From NCBI GenBank assembly GCA_010015805.1, contig ML978125.1, positions 1,116,001 through 1,180,000 of the forward strand: DNA of 64,000 bases. The letters are read 5' to 3'. Position numbers and translations under genes: made by a program. Origin of the DNA: Rhizodiscina lignyota. Its lineage: Eukaryota. Below are positions 1 through 12,511 of the stretch, one piece after another. The notes beneath the pieces were generated by a model. That model was not told the origin of the DNA. It ran no database searches and saw only the letters and a list, made by a program, of their open reading frames with translations. Each line of letters begins with the position of its first letter. Within the stretch, counting starts at the first letter, position 1.

Positions 1-750
1 GCCTTATCTGGTACTGCTCAAGCTCTGCTAGCACGTACCTCTTTGGATGTCGATTTGAAGAAGTACTATGCTGGGCTATGGGAATTTCAACTTGTGGATC
101 AATTGCTCTGGGCCGCTAGCGCCGACGGCCACCCAAAGTCCAAAGTGGTCCCCTATAGAGCGCCGACCTGGTCTTGGGCGGCAATTGATACCCCTGTTGC
201 CTTTGACAACCGTGTTTGGGGGCTGCTCGAACTAGGTTACAGGCTGTTACATGAAGCCCGGGTGCTGTCAGTGCACTATGAACTAGCAACGGCGGACCAA
301 TATGGACAAGTATCCAACAGTCATCTTGAGATGTCCACCACAGTATTCCCAGCATATGTCGAACTTTCAGACAACAATTCCTCTCTGCAGGAGCGTCCGG
401 AGCTCAGATTCCCACGTACTTTCAAAGGCCCAAGCGAGCAGTATCAGAGCTTTCTGAATCTCAGATGGTTCATCAGTATAACATTGGACTATCCTTACGA
501 AGAGGCTTTTCCGACACTCAATACGGTTACCTGTGCAATTCTGCGATGCGAAGTTGAAATCGTCGCTAAGACACCTTCGGGTCAAAGGGATTGTCTCTTG
601 GATGTTCTGCTTTTGAAGTCAACTTCCTCAAGTCCTGAGACCTTTGAAAGAGTAGGGGTTGGCCTCGTGCATAATTCGGTTTCGCCTCAAGACTTCGAGA
701 TTCTGCAATCGACACTCCAACAATCTCAAACCGTCTTAAAAGTTATCTGA
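1..750 (+). CDS. HET-domain (heterokaryon incompatibility-like) protein, C-terminal part; gene begins upstream of the window
   Basis: Frame is open from base 1 (ALSGTAQ...). It contains the motifs typical of the C-terminal half of fungal HET proteins: ALSG.A, Y.AGLW...L..QLLW, YRAPTWSWAA and FERVG. Confidence 0.8.
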   Translation, partial: ALSGTAQALLARTSLDVDLKKYYAGLWEFQLVDQLLWAASADGHPKSKVVPYRAPTWSWAAIDTPVAFDNRVWGLLELGYRLLHEARVLSVHYELATADQYGQVSNSHLEMSTTVFPAYVELSDNNSSLQERPELRFPRTFKGPSEQYQSFLNLRWFISITLDYPYEEAFPTLNTVTCAILRCEVEIVAKTPSGQRDCLLDVLLLKSTSSSPETFERVGVGLVHNSVSPQDFEILQSTLQQSQTVLKVI

Positions 751-969
751 GGGCGCCAGCGCCGCAGCATCTCACCTTTGGGCATCTATATTAGCCGGCC
801 TTAATCGAGCATGCGTATCTCAGAAGCTGTAGTGGAAAGTTGCGATGTTGATCGCCGCTCGTCCTTCGCGTAAGTGTTCTAGCCGGATTACTGCGCGAAG
901 TCTGCGAAGTCTCTCGGATCCTAGGCTAGCGAGCCACCTAATCAAACGGGCTTGGGACATTCACCAGCG

Positions 970-1500
970 CTTTGAGATATCGAAGTTAGTCAGGTTACCA
1001 AGCTTGCATTATTCGCTCCATCGCGTACTGTGTTCAGAGCTTCACTATCTTAATTCGGTTCACCTTCTTCAAGTGAGCTGTACTATATGCGGAGGCTAGC
1101 GTATTCACTCGGTGACCATTCTTCTACCAACTTCACACCAGCGTCAAGCTTTAGTTGCTCATCCTGCATGCCTCTTTGGATCAGTCTTGCACTGCAAGTG
1201 GAGGGACGCTGCATGACTGGGGCGCTCTTCTTCCATTGACTTTACACTACATGCGGGGGTTGGCTAAGCTGCTCGGCTCACCATCTTCTCTCCACTTCAT
1301 ATTGTATGCGGAGCTTCGCCAACTTGCTCGGTCTACCCCCCTCGAGCGAGATTGTACAATGCGCAGAGGTTAGCTTATGTGCTCGGCGGCCTTTCTTCCA
1401 CCAATCTCATACAGTATGTTAAGCTTTACCAACTTACCCTACTTTCTTTCTTCCATTGGACTTCCACTGTACGTTGAGGGTCGTATGGCCCTACGCACAT
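970..1500. repeat. Degenerate ~55-bp tandem repeat (about 9 monomers) with a ~274-bp higher-order period
   Basis: Monomers beginning with TCTTC-like words start at about 1010, 1066, 1120, 1173, 1229, 1284, 1339, 1394 and 1449. Monomer n resembles monomer n+5 most, e.g. 1010 tattcgctccatcgcgtactgtgttcagagcttcactatctt vs 1284 tcttctctccacttcatattgtatgcggagcttcgccaactt. Confidence 0.75.
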
Positions 1501-2059
1501 ATCGATACTAATCCTAAACTTCATGTTTCGGGTCTTGTCATCCTGCTGTACACCAGGATATAGGGCACCGTTTGCTCCTTTGTGAGTGCCTCCAATTGAA
1601 GTTGAAGAGCAGACTTGAGTTATTTATACTCCGTATGGCGGTAATCACCGAGGCGTTGCGATCCTGGCGTGGGAAGCTGAAGCTGGAGATCTAGAAGAGC
1701 AAGGAGTTTACTTTCACCTTCGTCCACTGGGCTCGAACGAATCGTCATCATCACGTTATAAAGTAATCACATGTTCTTCAATGCAATTGGCACGTGTGCA
1801 ATCAACTGCCTCCAGTCTATTATTTCACTCGCCTATCCTACCATCGCCGATGTTTTTAATTAGGTATTCCAGTATCAGTGGAGGGGAATCCTTCGAGAAA
1901 ACCACATTTGCCCATGAAATGACTATGCAAAGAACGCCAAAGCAAATGCACACAAACCTCTTTCGTCATGCATAAAACGCTATGCACAAGAACCATCAAA
2001 AAGGTATTTCGATCTTGTTGTTCCCAACTGTTCACAACCATTATTATCATCCTCGCTCT

Positions 2060-4224
2060 TTAGCTCGTCAACTTCGACCACAGCCCCTTCTTCTGTGTCG
2101 TTGGCGTCTCCACCTTGTTGGCCACGATGCCGCCGGCCGCTGCGTCGCGGATGATCGCGAGGCGCTGCTTCGCCTTCTCGTCGCCCTGGTCCGCGGCGCG
2201 GACGTACCACACGTTCGCCTCGAGGGGGTCGCGGCGGCAGCCAATGCCCATTTCGGTGAAGTAGCCGACAGCATACTGTGCCTTGGCATAGCCTGCTCTG
2301 TATTAGCGTGAAACTATGTTACCCTTTGGAGCCGCAGTGATGTGAAAAGCTTACCGCAATCTGCCGCCCTCTTCGCCCACTCGTATGCCTCGTTCTCGTC
2401 CTTCTCCAACACCGGGATCGCGCCGACGAAGTACCACGCGCAGAGCGCCATCATCGCCTCGGGGATACCCGCCTGGGCCGCGCCATTGTAAAAGTGCACG
2501 CTCAGCGCCGGATCCTTCGGGCACGACAGCTGCCCATGCTCGTACGCCTGTCCCATGCGCAGGCACGCCTCCGGGTGGCCCAGATCCGCTGACTGCGTGT
2601 ACAGCTGCGCGGCATACGCCTCGTCCTTGAAGATGTCGTCGCCGTATCCGTGCTCGTGAAGCACGCCGAGCTCGTATGGCGCCGAGTTGTACTGAAAGTC
2701 CGCGCTCTCGGCCGCGCGCTTCAGCCACCTCATGCCCTCGCGCGTGCGGTTGCCCAGCCCCATGTCTCCTGTCAGGCAGGCGCGTCCCAGGCGCGTTGCG
2801 GCGCCGGGGTGGTTCTTGGCGGCGGCCTGGCGGTAGAACTGCACGGCTTTGGCGTAGTCCTTGCGGCAGCCCCAGCCGAATTCGTAGCAGAGTGCTGCGC
2901 GGTATCCGGCTTCGGCGTGGCCGTGCTTGCTCGCTGCCATGAAGAGGGGGAAGGCGCGCTCCCAGTCTTCCTTGCCCTTGTTGAACAGACCTGACGCGTA
3001 GCCGTCGCCCAGGTAGTATTGAGCGAATGGGTAGCTGCGGTCCGCCAGCTTCTGAAGTATCTGACGCGCTTCTCTCAACAGATCGACACGCGTCTCCGCA
3101 GTGTCCGACTCGCGGGAGGCTTGGACCATAAAGATGGCAAACTCGTACTGGATGCCGGGGTCGTTGGTCTTCTTGACGTTGGCGCGGTACATGTCGAGCG
3201 TCTTGCGGGTGTCGAGGAGGGATGCGTTGTTGCCGACGGCGCTGCGGAGAAATGTGTTGTCCATGCTCGGGGCTGGGGCAACTTGCTGTGGGTAGGGGAC
3301 GTTGAGCAAGTCGACATAAGACTGCGGTCTGCTGTCCGGTGTCTTGCGCGCTGCTGAGAGAGGACGGCCATAGCTGACTGGTGAGCCGCCGGGAGAGCCG
3401 GATCCACCGACTGAGAGATGAGGAGAGTGAGTCCGTCCTCTGGGCAGGCCGTCGGAGCCTAGGGTCAGGACGGAGTTGGGTCTTGGAAGGTCTGAACGCG
3501 GGACCTGGAGCTCGTTCACAGATGATCGATGGCCCATGTCTCCGTGAGAGGATGTAGAGTGCGAGTGAGAACTTGAAGATGCCACTGTTGCATGTGAGGC
3601 CCTTCCATGAGTCGGTGTGTCATCGAAAGGTTGGTGGTGATACTGCAGTGGCTGGTAGGCTTCCTCTGGTTCCGGTTCCGCTTCGGGCTCAGGTTCATAC
3701 TCTTGCTCTTGAACCGTTTCCTGAAATCTGTTCCCATTGTTTCTCGGACTGTACTTGCTGCTCTGATATTGTGCTCCATCGTCCACCACCGATATTTCGC
3801 CAACCTCAGACTGTGGGATTCCGTCCGAGACTTGCCTTACGTCTCGTTGTCGCAGCGCCAGCGTTTGTGTCGGTGGGATGGAAGCCTCGGAATCGCGAAT
3901 TGATAGGTTTTCGAAGCCACCAATCTCGTATGACGGCGTCCTGGAGAGGCCGCTGGAGCCATTTGTGCGAAAGGCTCGCTGGTTGTCGATAGGTGCAATC
4001 ACGCGTGGTGGAGGGAGACTGCCATGTCTGGGAGGATGTGGAGCAGGGGCAGCACGAGGAGGAGAGTCCTGGTTCCCAGGGAGCGGCTTGCGTGAGACAC
4101 TTGTGCGTGCCGTTAATGGAGCTTTCCGGTCTTCGGGGTTGTCGAATGGCGTTGGAGGCAATGCATGTGCGCTCGCGGGGTATGGAGGAGACTGCTGCAG
4201 TGCGGCGGATTCACCTGGGCCCAT
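2060..4224 (-). CDS. CHS4: Chitin synthase activator, Chs4/Skt5 family (Sel1-like repeats); exons 4224-2355 and 2292-2060
   Basis: Long Pro/Ser-rich N-terminus followed by Sel1 repeats (YPFAQYYLGDGY, HAEAGYRAALCYEFGWG, AMMALCAWY). A GT-AG intron at 2293-2354 gives GYAKAQYAVGYFTEMGIGC. First ATG is at 4224. Confidence 0.9.
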
Positions 4225-6704
4225 GGTAGCTCTGCGTCTTATATTACACTGGCCTCGCTCACCGCGGGCGCCGCTCGGGTGTGTATGTCTTTTTTCGCGA
4301 GGGGTCCAGCGCGTTGTTGTTTCGACTGTCGTGGAAGTTCCGGGTTCGAGAATGCAAGGGGTCCTCGGCACAGCTCGCAGGCGTTAGGAGAATGGCATAA
4401 GCAATTCTTTGTTCTCGCGGTCCTTCAGCCCGGAAGAATTCGAGGTTGCTCACGCCAGCCCGGTGTTGTGGATGAGGAGAGTTCTGCAACAAAGATGAGC
4501 GATTTCCAGGCCCACATTGGCGCGGACACTACGCTTAGGCTGCGGCTTCAGTGAATGCAGGGCACATACGCAATGAGCGGAGCAAGGCCACGATTCACGA
4601 TGACCTCGCAGAATTAGGTGGATAGACGAGCAAGTATTTGGAAGGCAGCCGAAAGAGTGAGGTTGAGGAAGAGGCAGGCTCAAATTGGTGATGGAGAGGT
4701 GGAGAGGTGCTCGATCAAGCTAACACTCCGTACTGTACAGGCGAAATGAAACCCCAGTTTGTGGCTTTACGCCATCCGACGCCCCGAGCAATTGGCGGAT
4801 GCAAAGCTTTCTGACGGCGCAGGCTATGCAGGCAGCCTAGCGCGGAGCGCCTTCACGCAAAACCGAGAACCTGAGCGGCTTCAATGGCACGCTGCTCAGC
4901 GCGCGCAGCACGGCGATACCCAGACGGCGTCTCACGACGATCAAAAGGGGCCTCCCTGTCGGCTCCAGCGCAGGGCAAACGCAAGTCATGACAGCTGCAC
5001 GATGCGGCAAGCGTGGGAGTCCCTAAGCGGAACATGGCGTAGCGGCTCGTCGAATAGGAAAGGCCCGCAAGACGAGACACACGGCTATTGCGTAAGAACG
5101 CGCTGCTTTGTGCTGCTACAAATAAGTCGACCGCTCTTGGCCCCCCTCCCATAGACGAAGATTTGAGCACAAGGCGAGAGCGCGGGCACTGCCAGCTGAC
5201 AGCAGTCGCTGTAGGTGGGCTCGACGACGAGCTGTGAGTGGACTGAATAGGCACTTGGTAGCGGGCTGCTCTGTCAATAGACACGCGCTTCTAGAATCGG
5301 CGGTATGAGATGAGCGCTAGCCTCACCCATCTCCCAACTCTCCGCCAAGCCGTCTCAGAGTGCGTCCCATCGACAGAGGCCAGCGTGCAGATGTTTCGAG
5401 TTTCTGCATCTGCCCAACCTGCGGGCGTGGATGACGTCTGACGCAGGCCGCATCGCATCAAGAGCCACGACAGAGTTCAGATGTGCCAGACTACGCTCGG
5501 ATTGAAGAGACATTGCTCCTTTCTGAGCACACCCAGTGGATCGCTGGGTGGATCAAAACGGGCACCATGCGCGGATGCTGTGGCAACATCGTATTCGGAC
5601 TCAAAGCGGACAGACAGGTGTTTCATTGCTCGACTGTTCCGCCGTCTTGCTAAGCTGCCAGGCACCGGCAATAATTCTGGCCCGTCTCCAGATGTTTCTC
5701 CGATGTTTAGGGAGGAAACCGCGTAAACAAACATTCAGCAATACAAAGCGGGCAGCAGACAACGTGTGAGTGGCTTCCGCAGCTGCCGCTTTGGTGTTTC
5801 GCCTACGCACCGGCGCAAGCCACGGCGAAAAGCATGGCTCGCTGAGTCGTAGGTAATTTAGGAACAGCAGAAGCAAAGGAATGGACATGCAGCCTCTCTT
5901 TATACCTACCTCAGCAGCATAAGATGAAACGCGAGTGCGTCGGCGAATTGAAGACGCACGTCATCGTGGTTCGAGAGATATTTGTAGCGTGAGAACGAGG
6001 CTGCGGTCGCCAGCGGCCCCGTCGCCCTGGCGATAGGCCGCACCGCGCAGGCCGTATGTATTTGTGCGCATGCAGAGTTTATTTGGGCTAGCCCCGAACG
6101 AGGCTGAGTGGTGTGGAGAAGACAGCCAAAGGGGCTCAACCTACCGCATCCACTGAACGCCTTTCAACCCTCCTTCTGCAGCCTGACAACCGCACACTCT
6201 GCCTTTCCTTACAACAATCGCTACAGCGAGGCCGGGAGCTGAGCGTCGTTCGCTTGCCAATTTCCTACCTTCGCTCGTTGACGGCCCCCGTTCGCTCAAC
6301 GCCGCAAGCTCTCTCGTTGCCCGGCGGACGCATCTCACACTGCCTTGCTCCCTGTCAACCCTCAACTGCCATCCTCCATATCCAACAACCCCACTGCGTC
6401 TGGCCACTCTCGCTCGTCTTCGCCGCCGGTCCGCTTTCGATACAAGCGCCGTTGTTCAATTATAGAGCCTGCACATTTCTGGAAGCCGTGAAGCTGCAGT
6501 ATCCCCTCCCGCTCGAGAGTGCGACTGTCGAGCCTCGTATCTGAAAGGAGGCCTTTGCAAGGCTCTGCAGCCTTGCTGCGACAGCAATTCTTTGAGAAAT
6601 CAGAGAGAAGAGGTTTGTTGCCAATTCTTTGTCGCTGGCACCACGCGCCTTATCTACGCTTGTGTGGAATGTAGCTAAGCTTTACATTCCGTAGACTCTT
6701 CGCC
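4225..6704. promoter_or_regulatory. Shared divergent promoter/5'UTR region between the chitin synthase activator and the chitin synthase
   Basis: 2.5 kb with no convincing ORF between two head-to-head ATGs. A pyrimidine-rich tract at about 6140-6430 resembles a fungal core promoter/5'UTR. Confidence 0.6.
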
Positions 6705-9700
6705 ATGTCGCATCAACGAGGGCAGCAGCCCTCCTCGCCGAGGCGCGAGAATCGTCACACTCCTGCGCGAGACTCTCCACGCCGTCGCCGACCATCTGAT
6801 CTCGAATCACGGAACTACGAGAGCAGTCCTGGCACGCCGTCACGCCAGAGAGTAAGCATTCCAGCATACAGCAGCCCCGCTGCCGCCTCACCAAGCACAC
6901 CAACAGGCGAACAACCAGATTTGATCATGACAAATGCGAAGGGAGCAGGAGGAGCGGACTTCTCGAGAAAGCGGAGCTTGATCAGGCCCGAGCGAAACAG
7001 GATTGACCCCAGTCATCCAAACTATTACTACCGCAAGCATGCCCAAGGCATGGCCGTTCAGCCATCCACGACGGGCAATGACCCCATCGTTGAAGAGCAT
7101 ACCATGACACTCGATTCTCAGAGCACAGATATGAAGAGCCTGAATCGCTCTTTTCCTAATCCCGCTGGTGGGGACGAGGATAACAATAATGAGAAGGGTG
7201 CACTTGCTCAAGAGACAGACCTGGACAACAACAGCAAGCTCAGACGTGGAGCTGGCGGTGGCACGCGCAAGTTGCAGCGGAAGCCGACTCGGAAAGAGCT
7301 AGTAGAAGAGAAGAAGAGAATGCAGGAACAAGATGCCGTCCGACCGCCAAGTCTCTGGAATGTCTACTGTGCAATCATCACTTTCTGGTGCCCAGATGCC
7401 ATCTTACGGTGCTTTGGCAAGCCACAAAAGGCTCAGCAACGAGCGTGGCGGGAGAAGATGGGCTTGATTAGCATCATTCTCCAGATATGTGCCTTCGTGG
7501 GTTACTTGACCTTCGGTTTCACGCAAACCGTGTGTCCGTCTGGAGGCCCAACAAGACTGCGAGTCAACCATGTCGATTCTGGTTTCCTGATCGTTAATGG
7601 CCAGGCATATGACTTGTCTAGGTCTCACCATCCATTGGCGCGTGGCATCCCAGACGGTGCGAACGTGTTGTTCGACTTGCCGGAGAAACATGGTGGCCAA
7701 GATGCAAGCTTCCTGTTCCAGAATGTGAACGGTAACTGCAAGGACCTGATTACTCTCGCCGACAAGTCCGATGTCCCAACAAACGACCAAAAGGATCTGG
7801 CTTGGTATTTCCCCTGCCGCACCTTCAATCAGGACGGCTCCACCAAGCCAAATATCTCTGCGGACCCATACTACCTTGGTTATGCGTGCCACACGTCGGA
7901 TACGGCACGTGATGCGTTCTATGCTCTGAGGAACTCTGGGGACGTCTACTTCACCTGGGACGATGTCAAGAATTCCAGTCGAAATCTCATGGTCTGGGGA
8001 GGGAATGTGCTCGATCTGAATCTCCTCGAATGGTTCAATAAAAGTCAGGTCTCGTACCCTGCGAAGTTTGACGAATTGCGCAACGATCCCTTTGTGCGTG
8101 GCGTTGATATGACCCGAGCATTGTCAACCAGCGAGGAGAAGAAGATCGGCCGATGTCTCTCGGAGATCGTCAAAGTTGGCTCAATTGACACGGCAACAAT
8201 TGGATGCATTGCGTCTGAAGTTGTGTTGTACGTATCGTTGGTCTTCATCTTGTCCATCGTCGTGGCCAAGTTCTTGCTGGCGCTCATCTTCCAATGGTTC
8301 TTGGCCCGTAAATTTGCAGCCAAGTCAGCGTTGGGAAAGGCAGACTCGAAGCAGCGCAAGCAGCAGATTGAAGATTGGAGTGACGATATCTACCGGCCCG
8401 CTCCAAAGCTTCTCGACCAACCAGCAAATGGCCCTGATCGCATCAGCAAACGTGGAAGTTTCCTCCCGACGACCTCTCGCTTCACGAGCCCTTATGCCAT
8501 TGACCGTACTACCAAGAACCGACCTGCGCCTACGACGATGGCAAGCCAGTCATCAACTTCTCGCCTTCTTCCTCCTAGCGGTAACGTGTACAGGGGTAGC
8601 AATTACAGCCAAACCACTCTCCAGCCCGGTACTGACCGATCAAGCATGCTCATGTCTGACCAGAGATACTCGAGCGTTATTGAGTCTGACGGTCCAGGAC
8701 CTGCAGGATTCATTCACGAAGCAGTTGTACCGCAGCCACCGCCAGACTATGAACCCTTTGGCTACCCTCTTGCTCATGCTATTTGCTTGGTTACCGCATA
8801 TTCGGAAGGAGCCGATGGTCTGCGTACAACGCTGGATTCCATTGCTACAACCGAGTACCCCAACAGCCACAAGCTCATTCTCTGTATCTGCGACGGTCTT
8901 ATCAAGGGCAAGGGCGAGGCAATGTCCACACCTGACATTGCACTTGCAATGATGAAGGATCATGCTGTGCTACCCGATGAAGTGGAAGCTTTCTCGTACG
9001 TCGCAGTTGCAAGTGGTTCGAAGCGTCACAACATGGCCAAGGTGTACTCTGGCTTCTACGACTATGGCGAAGACTCGGCAATCCCCATGGAAAAGCAACA
9101 GCGCGTCCCTATGATAGTCATCGTCAAGTGCGGAACTCCAGACGAGGCGACAAAGTCGAAGCCTGGTAACCGTGGCAAGCGTGACAGCCAGATCATCCTC
9201 ATGTCCTTCTTGCAGAAAGTGATGTTCGACGAGCGCATGACTGAGCTGGAATTCGAAATGTTCAACGGTATCTGGAAGATCACTGGCATCTCTCCCGACT
9301 TTTACGAGGTCGTGCTCATGGTCGATGCCGATACGAAGGTTTTCCCCGACAGCGTGACCCACATGATCTCCGCCATGGTCAAGGACCCTGAAATCATGGG
9401 TCTCTGCGGTGAAACGAAGATCGCGAATAAGCGCGCCAGTTGGGTTTCGATGATCCAGGTCTTTGAATACTTCATCTCGCATCACCTGTCCAAGTCCTTC
9501 GAGTCGGTATTCGGTGGTGTCACCTGTCTTCCCGGTTGCTTCTGCATGTACCGTGTCAAGGCACCAAAGGGTGGCCAGAACTACTGGGTTCCCATTCTCG
9601 CCAATCCCGACGTTGTCGAGCACTATTCGGAAAATGTTGTCGATACTCTCCACAAGAAGAATCTTCTGCTTTTGGGTGAGGATCGTTATCTCTCGACACT

Positions 9701-10497
9701 GATGCTGAAGACCTTCCCGAAGCGAAAGCAAGTGTTCGTTCCACAAGCTGTCTGCAAGACTACCGTGCCCGAAGAATTCAGTGTGTTGCTCTCACAACGT
9801 CGCAGATGGATCAACAGTACCGTCCATAACCTCATGGAGCTCGTCCTGGTCCGAGATCTCTGCGGAACTTTCTGCTTCAGTATGCAGTTTGTCGTCTTTA
9901 TCGAATTGGTTGGTACTTTGGTGCTACCTGCTGCCATCTCCTTCACCATCTACCTCAGTAAGTTCAAACAATCGCGCCCCCTATCAAGCTTTACTAATCT
10001 AGTCCTAGTTGCCATTTCCATCAAAGCCGGAATCACGCATACCGCAGCACCCGTGATTCCTCTGGTGCTTTTGGCGTTGATCCTCGGTCTTCCCGCTGTT
10101 CTGATCGTCATGACTGCCCAACGCTGGTCATACGTGGGATGGATGCTCATCTACCTGATGTCTCTTCCAATCTGGAACTTTGTGCTACCCACGTACGCGT
10201 ACTGGAAGTTTGACGACTTCAGCTGGGGCGAGACTCGGAAGACGGCCGGGGAGAAGACAAAGAAGGGAGGCATCGAATACGAGGGTGAATTTGATAGCAG
10301 CAAAATCACAATGAAGAGATGGGGTGACTTTGAGCAAGGTTCGTCTTTTTCTGCTGGTCACGTTGCACACAGCATGCTGACAAGGTTTCCCAGAACGTCG
10401 TCTCAAAACCCCGACTGCAGGCTGGTCGCAGCAATCAACTTCTGCGCCGGGCTGGCAGCAGCAGCAGCAGGGTTTCGACCCGTACTACGATAACTAA
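6705..10497 (+). CDS. CHS3: Class IV chitin synthase (Chs3 type); introns 9958-10008 and 10339-10393
   Basis: AWREKMGL motif, a cytochrome b5-like region, and catalytic motifs [26 protein letters not shown] and WKFDDFSWG. No myosin motor domain. Splicing gives a C-terminus ...FDPYYDN* ending at 10497. Confidence 0.93.
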
Positions 10498-11843
10498 TGC
10501 GGCCAGAATTTGTGGGGGAATCCGGGGGTGAAATGTTCCCGTCAAGCAGATTGGCCGTTTCGAGGTGAAATTTCAATAGAGACGATGCATTGGCGGAAGC
10601 GTCTTGGTTGTTTTACTTTTACTGCATCATGGGCGTTGCACACGGACGATGGATAATCCAGGGTTTTTGGTCATTTGCTGTTTGCCTGTAAATTCGTGAA
10701 ACGTAGTAGTCACTTTCTCTCGACTCGCAAAAAGGGTCTTGAGCCAATGCATGTTACAGTAGTGTCTACTGTCCTGCGCACTCTGTCACTTTATCCAGCG
10801 ATCCGCACTCCTTCCAAATTTCGCGCTGTCATCTCGCGAGTCACTATCGGAGGCGGCACTCGCCCGCCCTGAATCAGTGCTGTGGATTCGCTGGCAGACC
10901 CCAGAGCTGGATATTGTTGCGTGTGTTGCACAGCGTGGATGAAATGGCATTTGGACCGAATTCGGCGGGCCGCAGGCGCCCCTAATGCACTCTGTATGCA
11001 CGTTGCGCGCAATTCCAGCTGCGTGCCATTCTTCTCGCTGACAAGCGAAGTGCAAGGCAGAGGCACGCTGCAAAGAATCGAGGCCGCCTGTAATTGATCG
11101 CCTTTGCCGGCCTGCCTATCCTGCCCTGCGCCGGGCGCTTCGACCTTCTCGTCTGATTTCCTTCGATTTTGCCGTGAACAACTAGTCTCCCATCCGCTCC
11201 ACCGCCAGCGCGACCGTTGCGACAAGGAATCCCCCCATCCCACGCTCTCGGGCGGAAGCAGCTTCACGAGAGCAGAGGCAACTCCACCTGCGCGTGCGAG
11301 AAGGGAACCCGGCGCCGTTCCATCCATGCTCTTGCTTCCCTATTCCCGTGTGCTAACTCGTGGGAGGCGACGGTAACGCACCCCGGTTCTCTCACCTTGG
11401 CCCATCCATGCAGGCGCCCTTTATCGGCGCCATCTGAGCTGGCGCTGCTGCTGGCTGCTCGTACGTTCCTGGTGGCCCATGGGCAATGTGATCAGTTTTC
11501 TTACCATCCCCCCATCCTTCCGTCTGCTGCTCTGTCAGGCTCACTCATTCCTTTTTCCTGCTCTGCTCTGCTCTTCTCTTCTCTTCTAATTGCCGCTGGC
11601 CCGTTTCCATTCTTTTCGTGCTGCTCTCGCTTTCCCGCTCTGCCTGGCGCATTCGATATATTCCTCTCGTTTTTCCCTTTGCTGCCCGTGGATGAGGAAC
11701 AGTGACGGTAGTTCGGGACCGGGAAGGTGCTTGACAGCTTGGTTAGCTGCGTTGAACAAGAGCTCCCTTCAAGCTTCGAGTTGCGCCGCAGTCGAATATA
11801 TCCAGGAGATCCAGGAGGGCCGAACGCACTTTGTACATTAATG

Positions 11844-12142
11844 GGCAATCTGTTTGAAGGTGAATTTTAGCTGTACTCTTTGTAGAAGTGGCGCTCATAA
11901 CCTTGCTGCAGACATCGTCATCGATATCGACATCGCCATCACGCTTACCGTCGCATATATCTACTGCTTCAAAGTCTCTGTTAAATGCTCTTCGAAGAGC
12001 TGGCAATCTGCGTGAAGGTAATTTCAAACCGCCTTTTTGTAGAGGTGGCGCTCGGCAATTCGCTGTGGACACCGACATCGCGCTTACCATCGCGTAGACT
12101 TACTACCTCAACATTCTCTATTGAGCACGCTTGGAAGAAACC
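11844..12142. repeat. Degenerate tandem duplication (158-bp and ~141-bp copies)
   Basis: Copy 1 (11844): ggcaatctg..tgaaggt...ttttgtagaagtggcgctc...cgcttaccgtcgcata...gaaga. Copy 2 (12002): ggcaatctg..tgaaggt...ttttgtagaggtggcgctc...cgcttaccatcgcgta...gaaga. Confidence 0.8.
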
Positions 12143-12511
12143 AGCTCACGTATTTATTGTCTTGCCGACTGCTCACTACCGTCTTTATCGGCGCGGGAAA
12201 GTCTAAAGGGCCCAACGAGACGCTATTCACAGTATTTGCAGTGCCTCGGCGATCCATTGGTAATCTGCTCAACGCAAGGCCGAAACCAGCATCCTTTAGG
12301 CAGCACAGCTATTCACAAGTAGCGTGCTATTGATGCCGAGAATTAGGTTGCTTTGGAATCAGCGATTTGCGTTGCTATTGTGCTCATTACAATGCGGAAC
12401 CTCTCCTGGTGTTTAAAACCACACAACCTCCAGGTTTCCTAAACTGCGTTTCTATCCACCCTCCCACTTCTCAACATTGATATTGGTACGCCGCTTTCAC
12501 TCGAGCCTCTA

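Noticed and set aside
970..1500. CRISPR-like or protein-coding (18-aa) interpretation of the 55-bp repeat
   Set aside because: There is no invariant repeat with unique spacers, the context is eukaryotic, and the 55-nt period breaks frame with each unit.
4225..4371. 49-codon upstream extension of the activator ORF in the track
   Set aside because: It starts at GTG, not ATG. The first ATG is at 4224 in good context, and nothing supports non-AUG initiation.
2351..4554. Many overlapping antisense or alternate-frame ORFs over GC-rich genes (also at 13000-14240 and 24500-25300)
   Set aside because: Shadows of high-GC3 coding sequence with no recognisable motifs.
10394..10493. C-terminus GSSFSAGH...FRPVLR of the 1262-aa ORF
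   Set aside because: Read-through of the intron at 10339-10393. The spliced frame gives a more plausible end at 10497.
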